DNA of 64,000 bases from Octopus vulgaris (GCA_951406725.2 OX597831.1:72850001-72914000), one strand, 5' to 3'. Counted from the stretch's first letter, positions 12,104-25,270 are shown. Notes: a model not told the origin generated them from the sequence alone. Numbers and translations: made by a program.

Positions 12104-12238
12104 GGTGCAGATGTGGCTATGTGGTAAGAATTTGCTTCCTAAACACATAGTTCTGGGTTCAGTCCTACTGCTAGGCACCTTGATGTGACAGCTTGGGCAA
12201 GTGTCTTCTACTATAGCCTCGGACTGACCAAAATCCTT
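12103..12238 (+). mobile_element. SINE A head fragment
   Basis: ggtgcagatgtggctatgtggtaag...cttgggcaagtgtcttctactatagcctcgg. Confidence 0.75.
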
Positions 12239-12582
12239 CGGAGCACAATCCGGTAGACATAAACCAAAGAGAAGAATCACATGTAATACACGGGGTGGAC
12301 CAAAAATCATGCACAAAAACATTTGACATTTTATTTATTATTACTTTGACCAGGCTCCCGTGGCTTTTATGGGTTTTTCCACATGAGACCTTTTCTTTTT
12401 TCGAAGCGTCTCCTCTATTGGGAGTTTTGTAAATTGTTGAATTTTTTCGTTGTTGTAAAGCTTGTTTACACGGACTTTTTTTCTTCGAAAAACGGACAAA
12501 ACCTTTTGTAACCTTTCGTCCTGTTTTTGTCCCTTTATGTTTTCCAATCATATTTGTCAGCCCTTGTGGCCAATAAAAGGAA
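12239..12582 (+). mobile_element. putative 3' UTR of a non-LTR retrotransposon sharing the long SINE-B tail
   Basis: Ends gtcctgtttttgtccctttatgtttt...agcccttgtggccaataaaagg, compared with the SINE-B tail gtccttgtttgtcccctctatgtttagcccc.tgtgggcaataaag; T-rich body; followed by a simple repeat. Confidence 0.45.
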
Positions 12583-12721
12583 TTAATTATTACTATTATT
12601 ACCATTATTATTCTTATTACTACATACTACTATTATTATTACTACTACTATTACTACTATTATTATTACTACTACTATTACTACTATTATTATTACCACT
12701 ACTACTACTACTACTATTATT

Positions 12722-12940
12722 AAGGTGGCAAACTGGCAGAATCATTAGCACGCCAGGCAAAATGCTTAGTGGTACTTCGCCCATCGCTACGTTCTGAGTT
12801 CAAATTCCGGCGAGGTCGACTTTGCCTTTAATCCTTTCGGTGTCACTAAAAAACAAGTACCAGTTGAAAACTGAGGGGTCAATGTGATCAACTCATCCCC
12901 TCCTCTAAAATTTCTGCCCTTGTGGCAAAATGTGAAACCA
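12722..12940 (+). mobile_element. SINE B between (TAC/TAT)n and (ATT)n
   Basis: Colinear with other B copies. Confidence 0.85.
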
Positions 12941-13390
12941 TTATTATTATTATTATTATTATTTATTTTGTCCATCATATACAAGTACATGTGTCTTCAT
13001 CCATCATTATCCTATTCATTTTACTCAATTATAGAAACATTGAAGCATGCCTGACTATTTCAGAGTGTATTGAGCTTATTTGGAGTGTGGCTTTTAGCCC
13101 ACCGTGCGTGCGTGTGTGTGTGTGTAGGCTAACACAAGACCCACATTAAACTCTTCACTTGTATCACGATTGAACCAAGAATTTAACTATGGTCTGTACT
13201 TAACACTAAGTATTGCCTGCCACTCTTTGGGTCATCTAGATACCAATATCTTTTATACATATATATATATATATCATATTAGATATATATATATATATAT
13301 ATATCATATTAGAGGAAAAAATAAAAACTAAGGCAGAACAAGTATCTCAAGTCATTTAGGATAATTTAATTAGGGTAAGGTGAGTTTGCA

Positions 13391-13466
13391 GTCTTACAGC
13401 TGTTTCTGGGATAACCTGACTGGTTGGTTAGCATGTCCATACACTGGGTATTCCATCATCAGAGAC
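13391..13466 (-). ncRNA. type I hammerhead ribozyme motif (minus strand)
   Basis: Minus strand reads GUCU-CUGAUGA-UGGAAUACC..GGUUAUCCCA-GAAA-C-AGCU-GUA-AGAC: full core, stem I GUCU/AGAC, stem II, minimal stem III with palindromic AGCU loop, GUA cleavage triplet. Confidence 0.75.
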
Positions 13467-13529
13467 AAAGTGTGTATGTATGAAAGTTCTTGACAGGGAA
13501 AGAACTTGACTTTCATACGTACTCACTTT

Positions 13530-13605
13530 GTCTCTGATGATGGAATACCCAGTGCACAGACATGCTAACCAACCAGTCAGGTTATCCCAGAAACAGCTGT
13601 AAGGC
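13530..13605 (+). ncRNA. type I hammerhead ribozyme motif (plus strand)
   Basis: GUCU-CUGAUGA(13534-13540)-stem II-GAAA(13590-13593)-CAGCU-GUA(13599-13601)-AGGC; stem I has one G-U wobble. Confidence 0.72.
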
Positions 13606-13852
13606 TTCAAATTCACCTTACCCAAATCCAATTATCCTAAATGACTTGAGATACTTGTTCTGCCTTGGCTTTTGTTGTTCTCTTTCCTCTAATATATACC
13701 TGCTAACACAGAAGCCTAATACAGATCCCGAGCTCCAGCCTCAGCTGTGAACTTGGAACCTAACAGATGACGAGTTATAGCACTTACCCAGCGTACCTAT
13801 TCGTTTAGATCACCAATGAACTAAACCCCTCCTATCCTTTATATATATATAT

Positions 13853-14128
13853 GAAGGCACGATGGCCCAGTGGTTAGGGCAGCGGACTCGCGGTCATAGG
13901 ATCGCGGTTTCGATTCCCAGAAAACACCTAAAAGCTCCACGAGGCTCCAGCAGGGCGTGGTGATCCCTGCTGTACTCTTTCATCACTCTTTCTCCCACTC
14001 TTTCTTCTGTTGACCTGCTCGCTTAGCCAGCGGGTTGGCGTCATTCGAAGGCTAAAACAATGCGAACGCATTGTGACCAGCGATGTGTAACAACATCTGA
14101 TGGTCTGGTCGGTCACGTGATCACGTGA
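13853..14128 (+). mobile_element. tRNA-derived SINE, family D
   Basis: A box tggcccagtgg, B box gtttcgattcc; unique body ending ggtcacgtgatcacgtga; flanked by (TA)n on both sides. Confidence 0.75.
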
Positions 14129-15903
14129 TATATATATATATTTATATATATATATACATATATATAAAATTCAAACTCACTCACATGGCTTTCTCCACTC
14201 AGACTTAGTTTTCTCACTTTCACTCACACGTACACATGTATCTTGTTCAAACTTGCTCATTCATGGCTTTTCACCACACAATCTTAAGACACACTTTTTA
14301 CACACACATCCAGCCTTCATATTAACACATTCACTCAAATGTGCTCAAACATTTATGCTCTCAGTCCACCCACGCTCAAACGCACTCACAATCTCATAGA
14401 CACACACACAGAGCCTCCAGAGAGGCCATGGTGCAAACATATTCATACACATGCATTCAAGCATTTAAAAACTTTGATACACACATACACAAACACACAA
14501 AACCTCATACATATACACACACTTACCTGATCACACACACACACACTTCAGACATTCAAAACTTAGGAAAACAAAACTTGAGGCATCTACAATTCCTGGT
14601 GCCTCCTGCCATCATTCATTCAACAATATCAAATGAATGAAAAATAAGAGGAATTACTTGTTAAAGAGAATGTCAGGCCATGGAGCACACCATCATATTC
14701 CAGACTAATAATATTCTGGCTTGTTCTAATTCCTCGAATCACACTACCCCACCCCCTTTCTCCCACTTTAGCTAATTGCATTACCTTGATAATTAAACAA
14801 TTACAGATTTTCTGAAATGAAAGGACTATCTGCAAACATTTTAATGAAGAATTTTAATTTGGAGCTTGGTAAATGCTTCCAATAATAAAACTCAAAGACA
14901 ACTGAACAATTATTTGGAATGGCAGTTCAATGCATTCTGGAATAATTTCTGGCAAACCAAGATCTAAAATAAGACATCATCATCATCATCATCATTTAAC
15001 ATCCATTTTCCATGCTGGCATGGGTTGGACAGTTTGACAGAAGCCAACAAACCAGAGAACGGCACCAAGCTTCAATGTCTGCTTTCACACATTGCTTCTG
15101 CAGCCAGTTGGAATCTGGGATGACGGAATTGGTAAGGCATCAGACAAAAATACCTTACAGTATTACGCACCCACATACACCGAGGTTCTGAGTTCAAATC
15201 TCGCCCAAGTTGGATCTTGATTTTTATCACTCCAATGTCAATGGCTGCCATTTCTAGCAAGTTACTCAAGAGATTACCATTGACATTATTATTGCTGTTA
15301 TTGTTGTTATGGCAGTAGTGGTGGTGGATGGTAGAATCAGTAAAGAACTGTACAAAATGCCACACAGTACCAAGCTACACTACTTGTACAGTGAGTTCAA
15401 ATCCTACGAAGACTGACTTTTCCTTTCATGCTTCCAGGGTCGATAGATCCCAGTTAAGCACTGGAATCAAATCAATCCTTTCTTCACACCCACAAAATGG
15501 GTGGCCATACAACTATATTCTTGTTGTTGTTGTTGTTGCTATCATCATCATCACCACATTTTTATCTATTTAGGTATTCAACTTTCTTTGGTAAAGCAAT
15601 TAATTCATCACAGAAGAAAAAATGACTGATAAAGATATTTTATCAGTGTAAGATATATATATACATATGTATATATATATATGTATATACACACACAAGC
15701 ACACATACATACACACATGCATAAAGAGAGAGAGAGTGAGAGAAAGAGAGAAAGAGAGAGACTTGCATGCAGTGTTTTGTGTGTGTATACACACACGCAT
15801 GCAAAAACACGCACACACACACACACTGTACTCATATGCTCTCATGTTCCTGTAATTTCAAATATTGCTTACAGCAAACATTATACATCTGTGTGTGTGT
15901 ATG

Positions 15904-15953
<50 letters not shown>

Positions 15954-16081
15954 CATGTATGGGAATATGTGTATGCCTATGCATGCACATAAGTACATAC
16001 ACATGTATTTGTGAGTGTGTGTATGTATATATATATATATATATATCATCATCATTTAGCGTCCGCTTTCCATGCTATATA

Positions 16082-16115
<34 letters not shown>

Positions 16116-16229
16116 TACATTGCCCACAGTGGAACTAAAGTTGGTTTAGTTCACTCACCAATGCCTGCTGTTATTGAGGTAGAAGCGTATTTGTCTCTAT
16201 GCCTGTCTGTGTGTAAAAGTTCACATCTG

Positions 16230-16260
<31 letters not shown>

Positions 16261-16324
16261 CATGTTCACATTTATGTATGTTTATGTTTACATATTCACA
16301 CCTGCGTTTACATCTTTACATCTG

Positions 16325-16372
<48 letters not shown>

Positions 16373-16424
16373 TGTGTGTGTGTTTGTGTGTGTTCACATG
16401 TTCATGGAGAGAATGTGTACATGT

Positions 16425-16455
<31 letters not shown>

Positions 16456-16547
16456 CTTTAGTTCCAAAGTTTGTTCTAAGAATCACAACTTTGACCAATT
16501 ATGAAGAACTAAGTATATTCTATAATCTAAAATTACAAAATTAATAA

Positions 16548-17021
16548 ATCCTTTCTACTATACACACAAGGCCTGAACTTTGTGGGGAGGGGAGTAATTG
16601 ATTACATTGACCCCAGTACACAACTGGTACTTGATTCATCAACCCCAAAAAAATGAAAGGCAAAGTCGACCTCGGAGGAATTTGAACTCAGAACGTAAAG
16701 ACGGACAAAATGCTGTTATGCATTTTTGCCTGGTGTGCTAACCATTCTGCCAGCTCACTGCCTTAATAATAATAATGATAATAATAATAATAATAATAAT
16801 AATAATCCTTTCTACGATAGGCACAAGGCCTAAAATTTGGGAGAAGGGAATAATTGACTACATTAACCCCAGTGTTTTACTGGTATTTAATTTATTGACC
16901 CCCAAAAGGATGAAAGGTAAAGTTGACCTTGGTGGAATTTGAACTTGGAATGTATAAGCCGGACAAAATGCCGTTAAGCATTTTGTCCGATGTGCTAATG
17001 ATTCTGCCAGCTCACCACCTT
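16548..17021 (-). mobile_element. two tandem antisense SINE B copies separated by (AAT)n
   Basis: Copies at 16548-16763 and 16805-17021. Confidence 0.85.
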
Positions 17022-17194
17022 AAAATTTCAAAATAAATAATAAAAACAAAAAAAAGCCATTCCTTCTCTCCAAAGTAAAAAAAAAAAAAAATTATGGAAA
17101 GAAGAGGAGAAAGAGATGAGATTTAAGAATTGACAAATTTATATTTTAACAAGGTAAACATCAAACTAATTCCCTTCTTACCTGTATTTAATTA

Positions 17195-17730
17195 TTTCAC
17201 CTTCAAACTCATTGAATTTTCTCTTATTTAATAATTTATCTTTTAAATTCTTTCCTTCTCCTCTCTCTCCTTCCTGATATGTTTCATCCTCAAACTTCTT
17301 CCTCTTCTCTTTCATTTAACATTTTTTTCAAACTATTTCCTTTGCACTCTCTCCCTCGCATTTAATATATTTATTTTAAATGCCTTCCTTTTCTTTTTTT
17401 ATTTAACATTTTTCTTTCAAACTCTTTCCTTACCGTTCTCCTTCATTTAATACATTTTACCCCTTCAAATTCCTCCCTCCTCTTTCTCTTTCAAACTCCT
17501 TCTTTCTCTCTGTTACAAAACACATTTCTCCCCCAAAATCCTTCCTTTTCTCCTTCATTTAACATTTTTCTTTCAAACGCTTTCCTTCTCTCTCTCTCTC
17601 ATTTCCCCTTCAAACTCTTTCCTTCTCTCTCTCCCTCATTTCCCCTTCAAACTCTTTCTTTCTGTCGTTTCCTCTCTATTACCCAACACATTTTCTCCCC
17701 TGCAACTTCCCTTCACTCATTCCTTCCTTA
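17195..17730. repeat. degenerate pyrimidine-rich minisatellite (units of about 38-60 nt)
   Basis: Recurring ttcaaactctttccttctctc..cattt(aacattt); almost no G on the plus strand. Confidence 0.7.
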
Positions 17731-18229
17731 TTAGATAAGAGACAAGTTAACCAACTCAAAACTTATCCAATCCATCTTAGTGCAGCAGACACATTCATCT
17801 TATGAAACCTGCCAGATAGTTCCAGACACAGGTATGTAGGTAGGAAGGCAGGTAGCCGTAGGTAGACACAGGTCTTTGAGAACTGCAGGATATTAAACAC
17901 TAACATCACTAGAACTTCTGGCTTCCATTTATTCCGAATGTAGTTTCTTACATTTTTCTGCAATTTTATTTCTCATATTGACAATTCAGTTATGACTGTA
18001 GTGATAATTGTGATGATGATGATGATGGTGGTGGTGGGTGGTGGTGGTGATAAGGTTTGTGGTGATGATAGATCATGTCTGTGTGTGTGTGTGTGTGTTG
18101 CAACAGTATCACACCAGATCTATGAGTGGAACCTTATGGAAGAGATGGTTGAGACACATATAAAAAGATGCAGCATTGCACATTGCAGATCTGTCCAACC
18201 CACCTTCAACAGGGAGATGACATGAAGAT

Positions 18230-18515
18230 GACAACGATGACAATGTTTATTATAGTGGTGATGACCATGATGATGAGTGTGATGGAGATGAGGATGATAA
18301 TGGTGATGACAGTGCCAATAACAACAGTGATGAAGACAGTGATGGTAGAGATAATTGTAGTGGTGTATCTGATAATGGTGATGGTAGTTGTGATGGTGGT
18401 GATGGTCGTAGTTGTGATGGTGGTGGTGGTGGTGGTGGTGGTGGTGGTGGTAGTGGCGGTAGTGGTGGTTTTGGTGTTGGTGTTGGTGGTGGTGGCAGTG
18501 GTGGTTACGGTGATG
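18230..18515. repeat. compound (GAT/GGT)n microsatellite
   Basis: Directly visible. Confidence 0.9.
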
Positions 18516-18831
18516 TAATCACTACTGTCTACTGTAGCCAACTCTGCTGGTTCTGCTAAGTTTTCAAGGAAATTTATAGGTTAGCAGAATAACAGACCAG
18601 TGTGCAACTTTCTTCTGGCATCAGCATATGTGTGTATGTATATGTGTGTATGTATGTATGTGTGTGTATGTATGCGTGTGTATGTATGCGTGTGTATGCA
18701 TTTGTATGTGTGTATCAGAGAGAAAAACAATATTCTGACATCTACAGAGAGAAAATCAAATTCCCCAACAGCATTCTTCCAAAAGATAAATGTGTGTGTG
18801 TGTGTCTATACACAAATATACACTGTGTGTA

Positions 18832-18874
<43 letters not shown>

Positions 18875-19047
18875 CACACATATTTTATATAAATATACAC
18901 ATACACATATACATTATATATATATATATATATATATTTATTAAGTATATGATTTAACTTATTAAACACAGTCCAACAAATTCATTCATATTTCTGTAAA
19001 CGGAGGAGATTAGATGTTAGAATGGTTCATAGTTTTTACTACTCGTG

Positions 19048-19135
19048 TTGCTGTACAAATTGTTTCGTACAGAAAGACTCAGATATTCATAAATAGAAAA
19101 TCCGAGTTGTCAGAATGAGTACTCATCGGTAGCAA
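19048..19135 (-). ncRNA. degenerate type I hammerhead motif
   Basis: Minus strand: UUGCUA-CCGAUGA-GUAC...GUAC-GAAA-CAAUUU-GUA-CAGCAA; core U4 is replaced by C and stem I has one mismatch. Confidence 0.55.
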
Positions 19136-19253
19136 AGATAAGAACTAAAAAGACGTTAGAATTACATAAGTTTGGTGTTATCAATCATTTTGTATTGCGT
19201 TCTTGTTCTTGGAGTCTATTTTAAACATATATATATATATATACACATACATA

Positions 19254-19299
<46 letters not shown>

Positions 19300-20179
19300 G
19301 ATAGATTGATAAATAGACGGATGGATAGATGTCTATGTATGTGTATGTATATATATATACAGATAGATTGATAGATGGATGGATAGATGTCTATGTGTAA
19401 ATATATATATATATACATATTTTATATATATATATATACATCATCACACATACATTACAAACATATATTACATACACACACACTTATGTAAGTACATGTG
19501 TGTGCACACAAATATATATTCATGGAATATATATATATAAACACACACACAAGCCTATACATATGTATATAATTGTGTATATATACATACATACATTATA
19601 CACACACACATATGCGTGTGTGTGTGTGTGTGCATACGCAAGAATATCCATACATAACATATATTCAGGCACAAAAACACTAAAGTAAGGAATTCTCAAC
19701 CTGAATGGCACCAATCCAGATTGGCGGCAATGTAATGGAAGCTACTTTGACTCACTTGATGATAAAGATCTCAATCTTGAAACATTCTTTATCACAAGAT
19801 TCATTTTCTGTGTGTTATTAATTCATTCTATTATCGCATAAGTTGAATAGGTCTGTAAGCCTAAACATTGGCTGAAGGAAAAAATCCAATTCTAATATCA
19901 TCCAGGAAGTGGTGAGGCTGGAGGGGGTTTTTCTTTCAGACAGAGCTGTGATGATTATGCCAACCTTTAGAGACAGACTAAGGGCTTACAAGGAGACTTT
20001 TCTTGGATGTTTTACATTAATTAGAATAATACAGATATTTGAAAATAAAGAAAGAAAAAAACAATGCAGGTGAGGAAATTAGAAAAAAACATATAAGGAG
20101 ATGTCAATAGATGAAAACAAAAGAGAAAATATACTGTATTATGGTACATAAGCTATTTAATGATCTTATATCATTTCAG

Positions 20180-20502
20180 GAAGGTGCATGGTTGGTGGGA
20201 ATTCGGCTCACGATTGTAAGGTCGTGAGTTCGATTCCTGGCGACACGTTGTGTCCTTGAGCAAGACACTTTATTTCACGTTGCTCCAGTCCACTCAGCTA
20301 GCAAAAATGAGTTGTACCTTTATTTTAAAGTGCCCCAGCCTTGTCACACACTGTGTCACGCTGAATCTCCTTGAGAACTACGTTAGGGGTACATGTGTCT
20401 GTGGAGTGCTCAGCCACTTGCACATTAATTTCACGAGCAAGCTGTTCCATTGATCGGATCAGCTGGGACCCTCCTCGTTGTCGTAACCGACTGAGTGCTC
20501 CC
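20180..20502 (+). mobile_element. CORE-type tRNA-derived SINE (resembles Octopus OR2-like elements)
   Basis: B box gagttcgattcc followed by tgtccttgagcaagacactttatttcacgttgctccagtccactcagct..aaaatgag, the CORE-SINE pattern. Confidence 0.7.
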
Positions 20503-21102
20503 ATTATTTCAGGAAAGATTCCTGTTCTCAACACACTATAATGGCCTGTTGGTAACAACACATTTCTTTGAACTCTTTATTTCCTGTATTCTATTTCAAA
20601 AAGGAAATTTTTCCTGAAATATTAAAGGATCATTAAACAACATATGTAAGGTAATGTAACCTTTTCTCTTTGTTTTGCATTTATTGACATCGCTTTAAAT
20701 ATTTTGCCCTCACTTCTGCATTGCTCAAAGGTTTCTCTCAAACATTTATATTATTTAAAGATTTTAAGACTTCAAGGAAATTACAAAACGTTTATAAATT
20801 CGAACAGATGATGCCCAAAGAATTTTTGCAGTATTTCAACATAGGATTACATTAACCTTTAAATTCTCCTTAAAACTAGAAATGTGTCAATCTCACAAAC
20901 ATAAAATATTCCACATAGAAATTTTTTATTAATTTAAAAGAAAAAGAAAACATTTTCATCATATTTACATAATCCCACCAGAATAGTGGACAGGGGTTCT
21001 TTATACCCACAGCAAAAGCTATGATGTTGTGGGCAAAATGATTCTTCTGCCCAACCCATGCCAGCATGGAAAACTAACACCAAGTGATGATGATAGCTAG
21101 AA

Positions 21103-21443
21103 CAGGCACAGGTGTGGATGTGTGGTAAGAAGTTTGCTCCCCAACCACATGGTTCTGGGTTCAGTACCACAGTGTGGTACCTTGTGCATCTTCTAATAAA
21201 GCTTTGAATCAACCAAAGCCTTGTGAGTGGATTTGGTAGATGGAAACTGAAAGAAGCCTATCATGTGTGTGTGAGTGTGTATGTTCCCCACCACTACTTG
21301 ACAACCAGTGTTGATGTGTTTATGTCCTCAAACTTAGTGGTTTGGCAAAAAACACCAACAGAATTAAGTACCAGGCTTTAAAAAAAAATTCCTTCAAGGT
21401 GGTGCCCCAGCATGGCCATAGTCTAATGACCAAAACAAATAAG
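21103..21443 (+). mobile_element. older SINE A subfamily copy
   Basis: Head ggcacaggtgtggatgtgtggtaag; tail ggtggtgccccagcatggccatagtctaatgacc. Confidence 0.8.
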
Positions 21444-22178
21444 GTGTGTGTGTGTGTGTAAATATGAAATTCCTCCTTGAGGTCTGAGCAAAGGTCTTCA
21501 CAGACCATCTTGGGTGCTCCCCAACCACCACCAGCCCCTATTAAAGAGAAAGAAAACTCTGACCATCAAAACCCTCCTCTATGGATGGTTAATTGGAAAT
21601 GATGCCATACTATTCTCGATAGGGACCAGGAAGGTACACCAAGCCTAATATTCTCAATTTGGTCCGTAATCCCTCCATCATCTGACATGTGGCATTCTGT
21701 GCCCTTGTACAGGAAATGTCACTTTGATGGGGGAACAGGTGAGCTCATATCCAACACATACATTTGATCCCTATAAACAAATCATCGGAGCAGGTCCTTC
21801 AGTGGAACCCTCATCTGTCAGCTTAAAAAAAAATGTACTCTACAACATACATTGCGTACTTTCTCTCTTCCATCTGAACACACACACACACATATACAAC
21901 TGCATCCATTACATATATAAAATGTTGACAGACACACACATATATATATACACACATATATCATTAGCAATTAAGTCATTGAGTATGAAATAAGTAGTGA
22001 GTCATGTCAGCTGACCTTTCTTTCCGTTAATTACATCAAGTTAACAAATCAAATCTCGAGATTGTACAGACAATAATATTTCAGTGAGTGTATATAACCG
22101 AATAACCAATAGTTGGCTGTGTTGGTGGGAATTTATCTAGTAAGCTATTCACTCACAGTAAGATACATACATACACAC

Positions 22179-22214
<36 letters not shown>

Positions 22215-22246
22215 CGTGTGTGTGTATATATATATATATATGTATG

Positions 22247-22291
<45 letters not shown>

Positions 22292-22382
22292 GTATGTATA
22301 TATATATGTGTGTGTGTGTGTATATATATATGTATGTATATATATATGTATATATATATATATATGTATGTATGTATGTAAG

Positions 22383-22427
<45 letters not shown>

Positions 22428-23018
22428 ATACATTACACACATACACAATATGGCTACAGCAGGTAATAAGATAACATGACATTGTACTTAAAACCAGAAA
22501 CACAACAAATAAATGACTTCCCAGAACACCGAGTGAATGTACCTAGAAGCATTTCAATTTTCCTGGAATCGATAACACTGATAAGAGGCGAGAAAGGAAC
22601 CAGTGACTCGGACGAGAGCCAATCAAAGATACTTTTACAAAGACACACTGGAAAACCAGCCAATCAACTTCATTATTCCAGTTAGGTTTGGGGGACGGTG
22701 GGAATCCCGCTACAGTTGCCCTCACAGCTTTATCTGTGGGTCAAAATACAGAGATACTCCTCATTTGATTAAGAGTTAATCACAGAAGATTATTTAAGAA
22801 TTGGTTATTTAAATGGTGTCAGTGCAATGTGTTTTAGTTTGGGTTTGATTATCATTTGTTGCCCGGGGGGGGGGGGGGCTGATATGGAGTTTAGTGAAGC
22901 AGTGAAATTCTTTGGTTCCTTCAAGCCAATTTTGGTCTTCTCTAATATGTGAGCCAAAATGTAATAATATTCGTTGATTGCCATTTATTATATTGTTGCC
23001 TAAACCACTTTCAGAGTT

Positions 23019-23054
<36 letters not shown>

Positions 23055-23377
23055 AGAGTTTAAAAGAAAAGGTAATAGCACCATTGTTGCCTATGTACCT
23101 ATATTTATCAAATATGGATAGATAGATAGATAGATAGATAGATAGGTATTCATATATATATATGTGTATGTATGTATGTATGTATGTATGTATGTGTGTA
23201 TGTGTGTAGAAGGAGAGAGAGAGATATCATGTGTATGAGTGTGTGTGTATGTGCATGGGGGGAGAGAGAGAGAGAGAGAGAACACATAAAATTACACATG
23301 CAGAGACATACACACAGGTACATATGTATGTATAAGTTTATATATATTCTCCCATATCTATTCTCACCATTTCGTGT

Positions 23378-23414
<37 letters not shown>

Positions 23415-23649
23415 CCATCAGGGCTAATAGCTAATTCTTCCATCAAATCTGTATTGTCTTAATACAAATAAAAGCATTATCTGTCCGCTTCTTAGATACC
23501 AGTTAAGGAATCTGTTGACTATCTGCTAGAAATAACCCTCCTATTCTCATTCTATCAGATCCAAATAACTTTGCAGATATTGCTGAAGAAATCTAGTGTA
23601 AAAGATGATAAATTCATTATAGCTCTTGGTAAAAAAATATTCTGAAAGA

Positions 23650-24065
23650 CTTTACTCTTTTACTCTTTTACTTGTTTCAGTCATTTCACTGTGGCCATGC
23701 TGGAGCACCGTCTTTAGTGGAGCAAATCGATCCGGGGACTTATTCTTTGTAAGCCCAGTACTTATTCTATCGGTCTCTTTTGCCGAACCACTAGGTGACG
23801 GGGACGTAAACACACCAGCATCGGTTGTCAAGCAATGCTAGGGAGACAAACACAGACACACAAACACGTACATATACATACATATATATATATATATATA
23901 TACATATATACAACAGGCTTCTTTCAGTTTCTGTCTACCAAATCCACTCACAAGGCATTGGTCGGCACGGGGCTATAGTAGAAGACACTTGCCCAAGATG
24001 CCACGCAGTGGGACTGAACCCGGAACCATGTGGTTGGTTAGCAAGCTACTTACCACACAGCCACT
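23650..24065 (-). mobile_element. SINE A, antisense
   Basis: Colinear reverse complement of the family consensus. Confidence 0.9.
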
Positions 24066-24391
24066 AAACTATCTTATCCTAAAGACGATGTTTTGGGCCA
24101 AGTGAACTTCATGCTATAAAGAATGAGATGTGTATGAAGGAGAGGTGCTAGCATTGGTGGTTGTTAAGGAGTGGTAGAAGTGTTCAAAAAGACACTGCTA
24201 ACAGATGGTCAAGAAATGGGACGAGAAAAAAACCCAGACATTATTATTAACAGATGGTGGGTTGCAGGTGCCATGAGAAAGAAATCTATATTTTGTTTTT
24301 CCTCTCCTAATGCAACTGTCACTGTTAATGGTTGTGGTGAAGTGATGGCATTTTCTTCCTACTGCGTCTTTGCTATATTTGCATTCTACAG

Positions 24392-24715
24392 AAGCAGGCA
24401 TGGCTGTGTAGTAAGAGGGTTGCTTTACAACAATGTGGTTCTGGGTTCAGTCCTACTGTGTGGAACCTTGATCAAGTGTCTTCTACTATAACCTCATGCC
24501 ATGCTTACCAAAGGCCTTCTGAGTGTATTTGGAATATGGAAACTGAAAGAAGCCCATTGTGTGTATGTGTGTCCCTCCCATCACTGCTTGACAACTGGTA
24601 TTGGTATGTTTACACCCTTGTAACTTAGAGGTTCAGCAAAAGAGACCAATAAAATAAGTATCCTTCAAGGAGATGCTCCAGTATGGCCAGTCTAGTGACT
24701 GAAATAAGTAGAAAG
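24392..24715 (+). mobile_element. older SINE A copy
   Basis: Diverged head and tail motifs. Confidence 0.75.
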
Positions 24716-24943
24716 ATGTGTGTGCATGTGTCTGAGTGTGAAGATATACATATATATATATATACATACATAAATATATACATACATAAATATATACATA
24801 CATAAATATATACACACACACAGAGGGAGAGAAATATACATAACTATATATTTGCACACACGCACACGTGTGTACATATGTATGCCTGAGTGTATGGTGT
24901 TTGTGTGTGTGTATGTGTATACTCATACTCACACATACACACA

Positions 24944-24984
<41 letters not shown>

Positions 24985-25270
24985 CATTTGATTCTTAAGT
25001 GAATCTGATCCCCACTACAACAATTAGCTAATCCACCGAAAAACATATTCCCATCGTTTGGAGAGGGAGGTCACTTGGATATGTCGTATAAATTTCTAAG
25101 GAGGTGTAATATCAGGACAAGCAGCTGTGAAGTTTCCATTTATCAACATGCACCCTTTAATACACTGCAATCCAGTTCCGCCCATCCACTATTCTGTGAT
25201 AACCACATTGATAGGACTTTACTTCTGCTCTCACTTATCAAATATGAACAATGGACAGATTGTGTACTCA

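Larger units (their letters stand above)
13306..13695. mobile_element. 390-bp foldback made of two inverted Penelope-pLTR-like units
   Basis: Arms of about 180 bp (atattagaggaaa...tttcctctaatat) around a spacer of about 20 nt; adjacent to (TA)n; each arm carries a hammerhead motif. Confidence 0.8.

Noticed and set aside
12171-12605. Lys-rich minus-strand ORFs
   Set aside because: Reverse complement of a T-rich putative LINE 3' UTR; no recognisable domain.
13853-13920. tRNA-like sequence with A and B boxes (also 5267, 20180, 25720)
   Set aside because: No complete cloverleaf or acceptor stem, and each continues into a SINE body; these are SINE heads.
18555-18592. Short hairpin ttctgctaa...ttagcagaa
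   Set aside because: Only 9 bp of stem; expected by chance in 64 kb.
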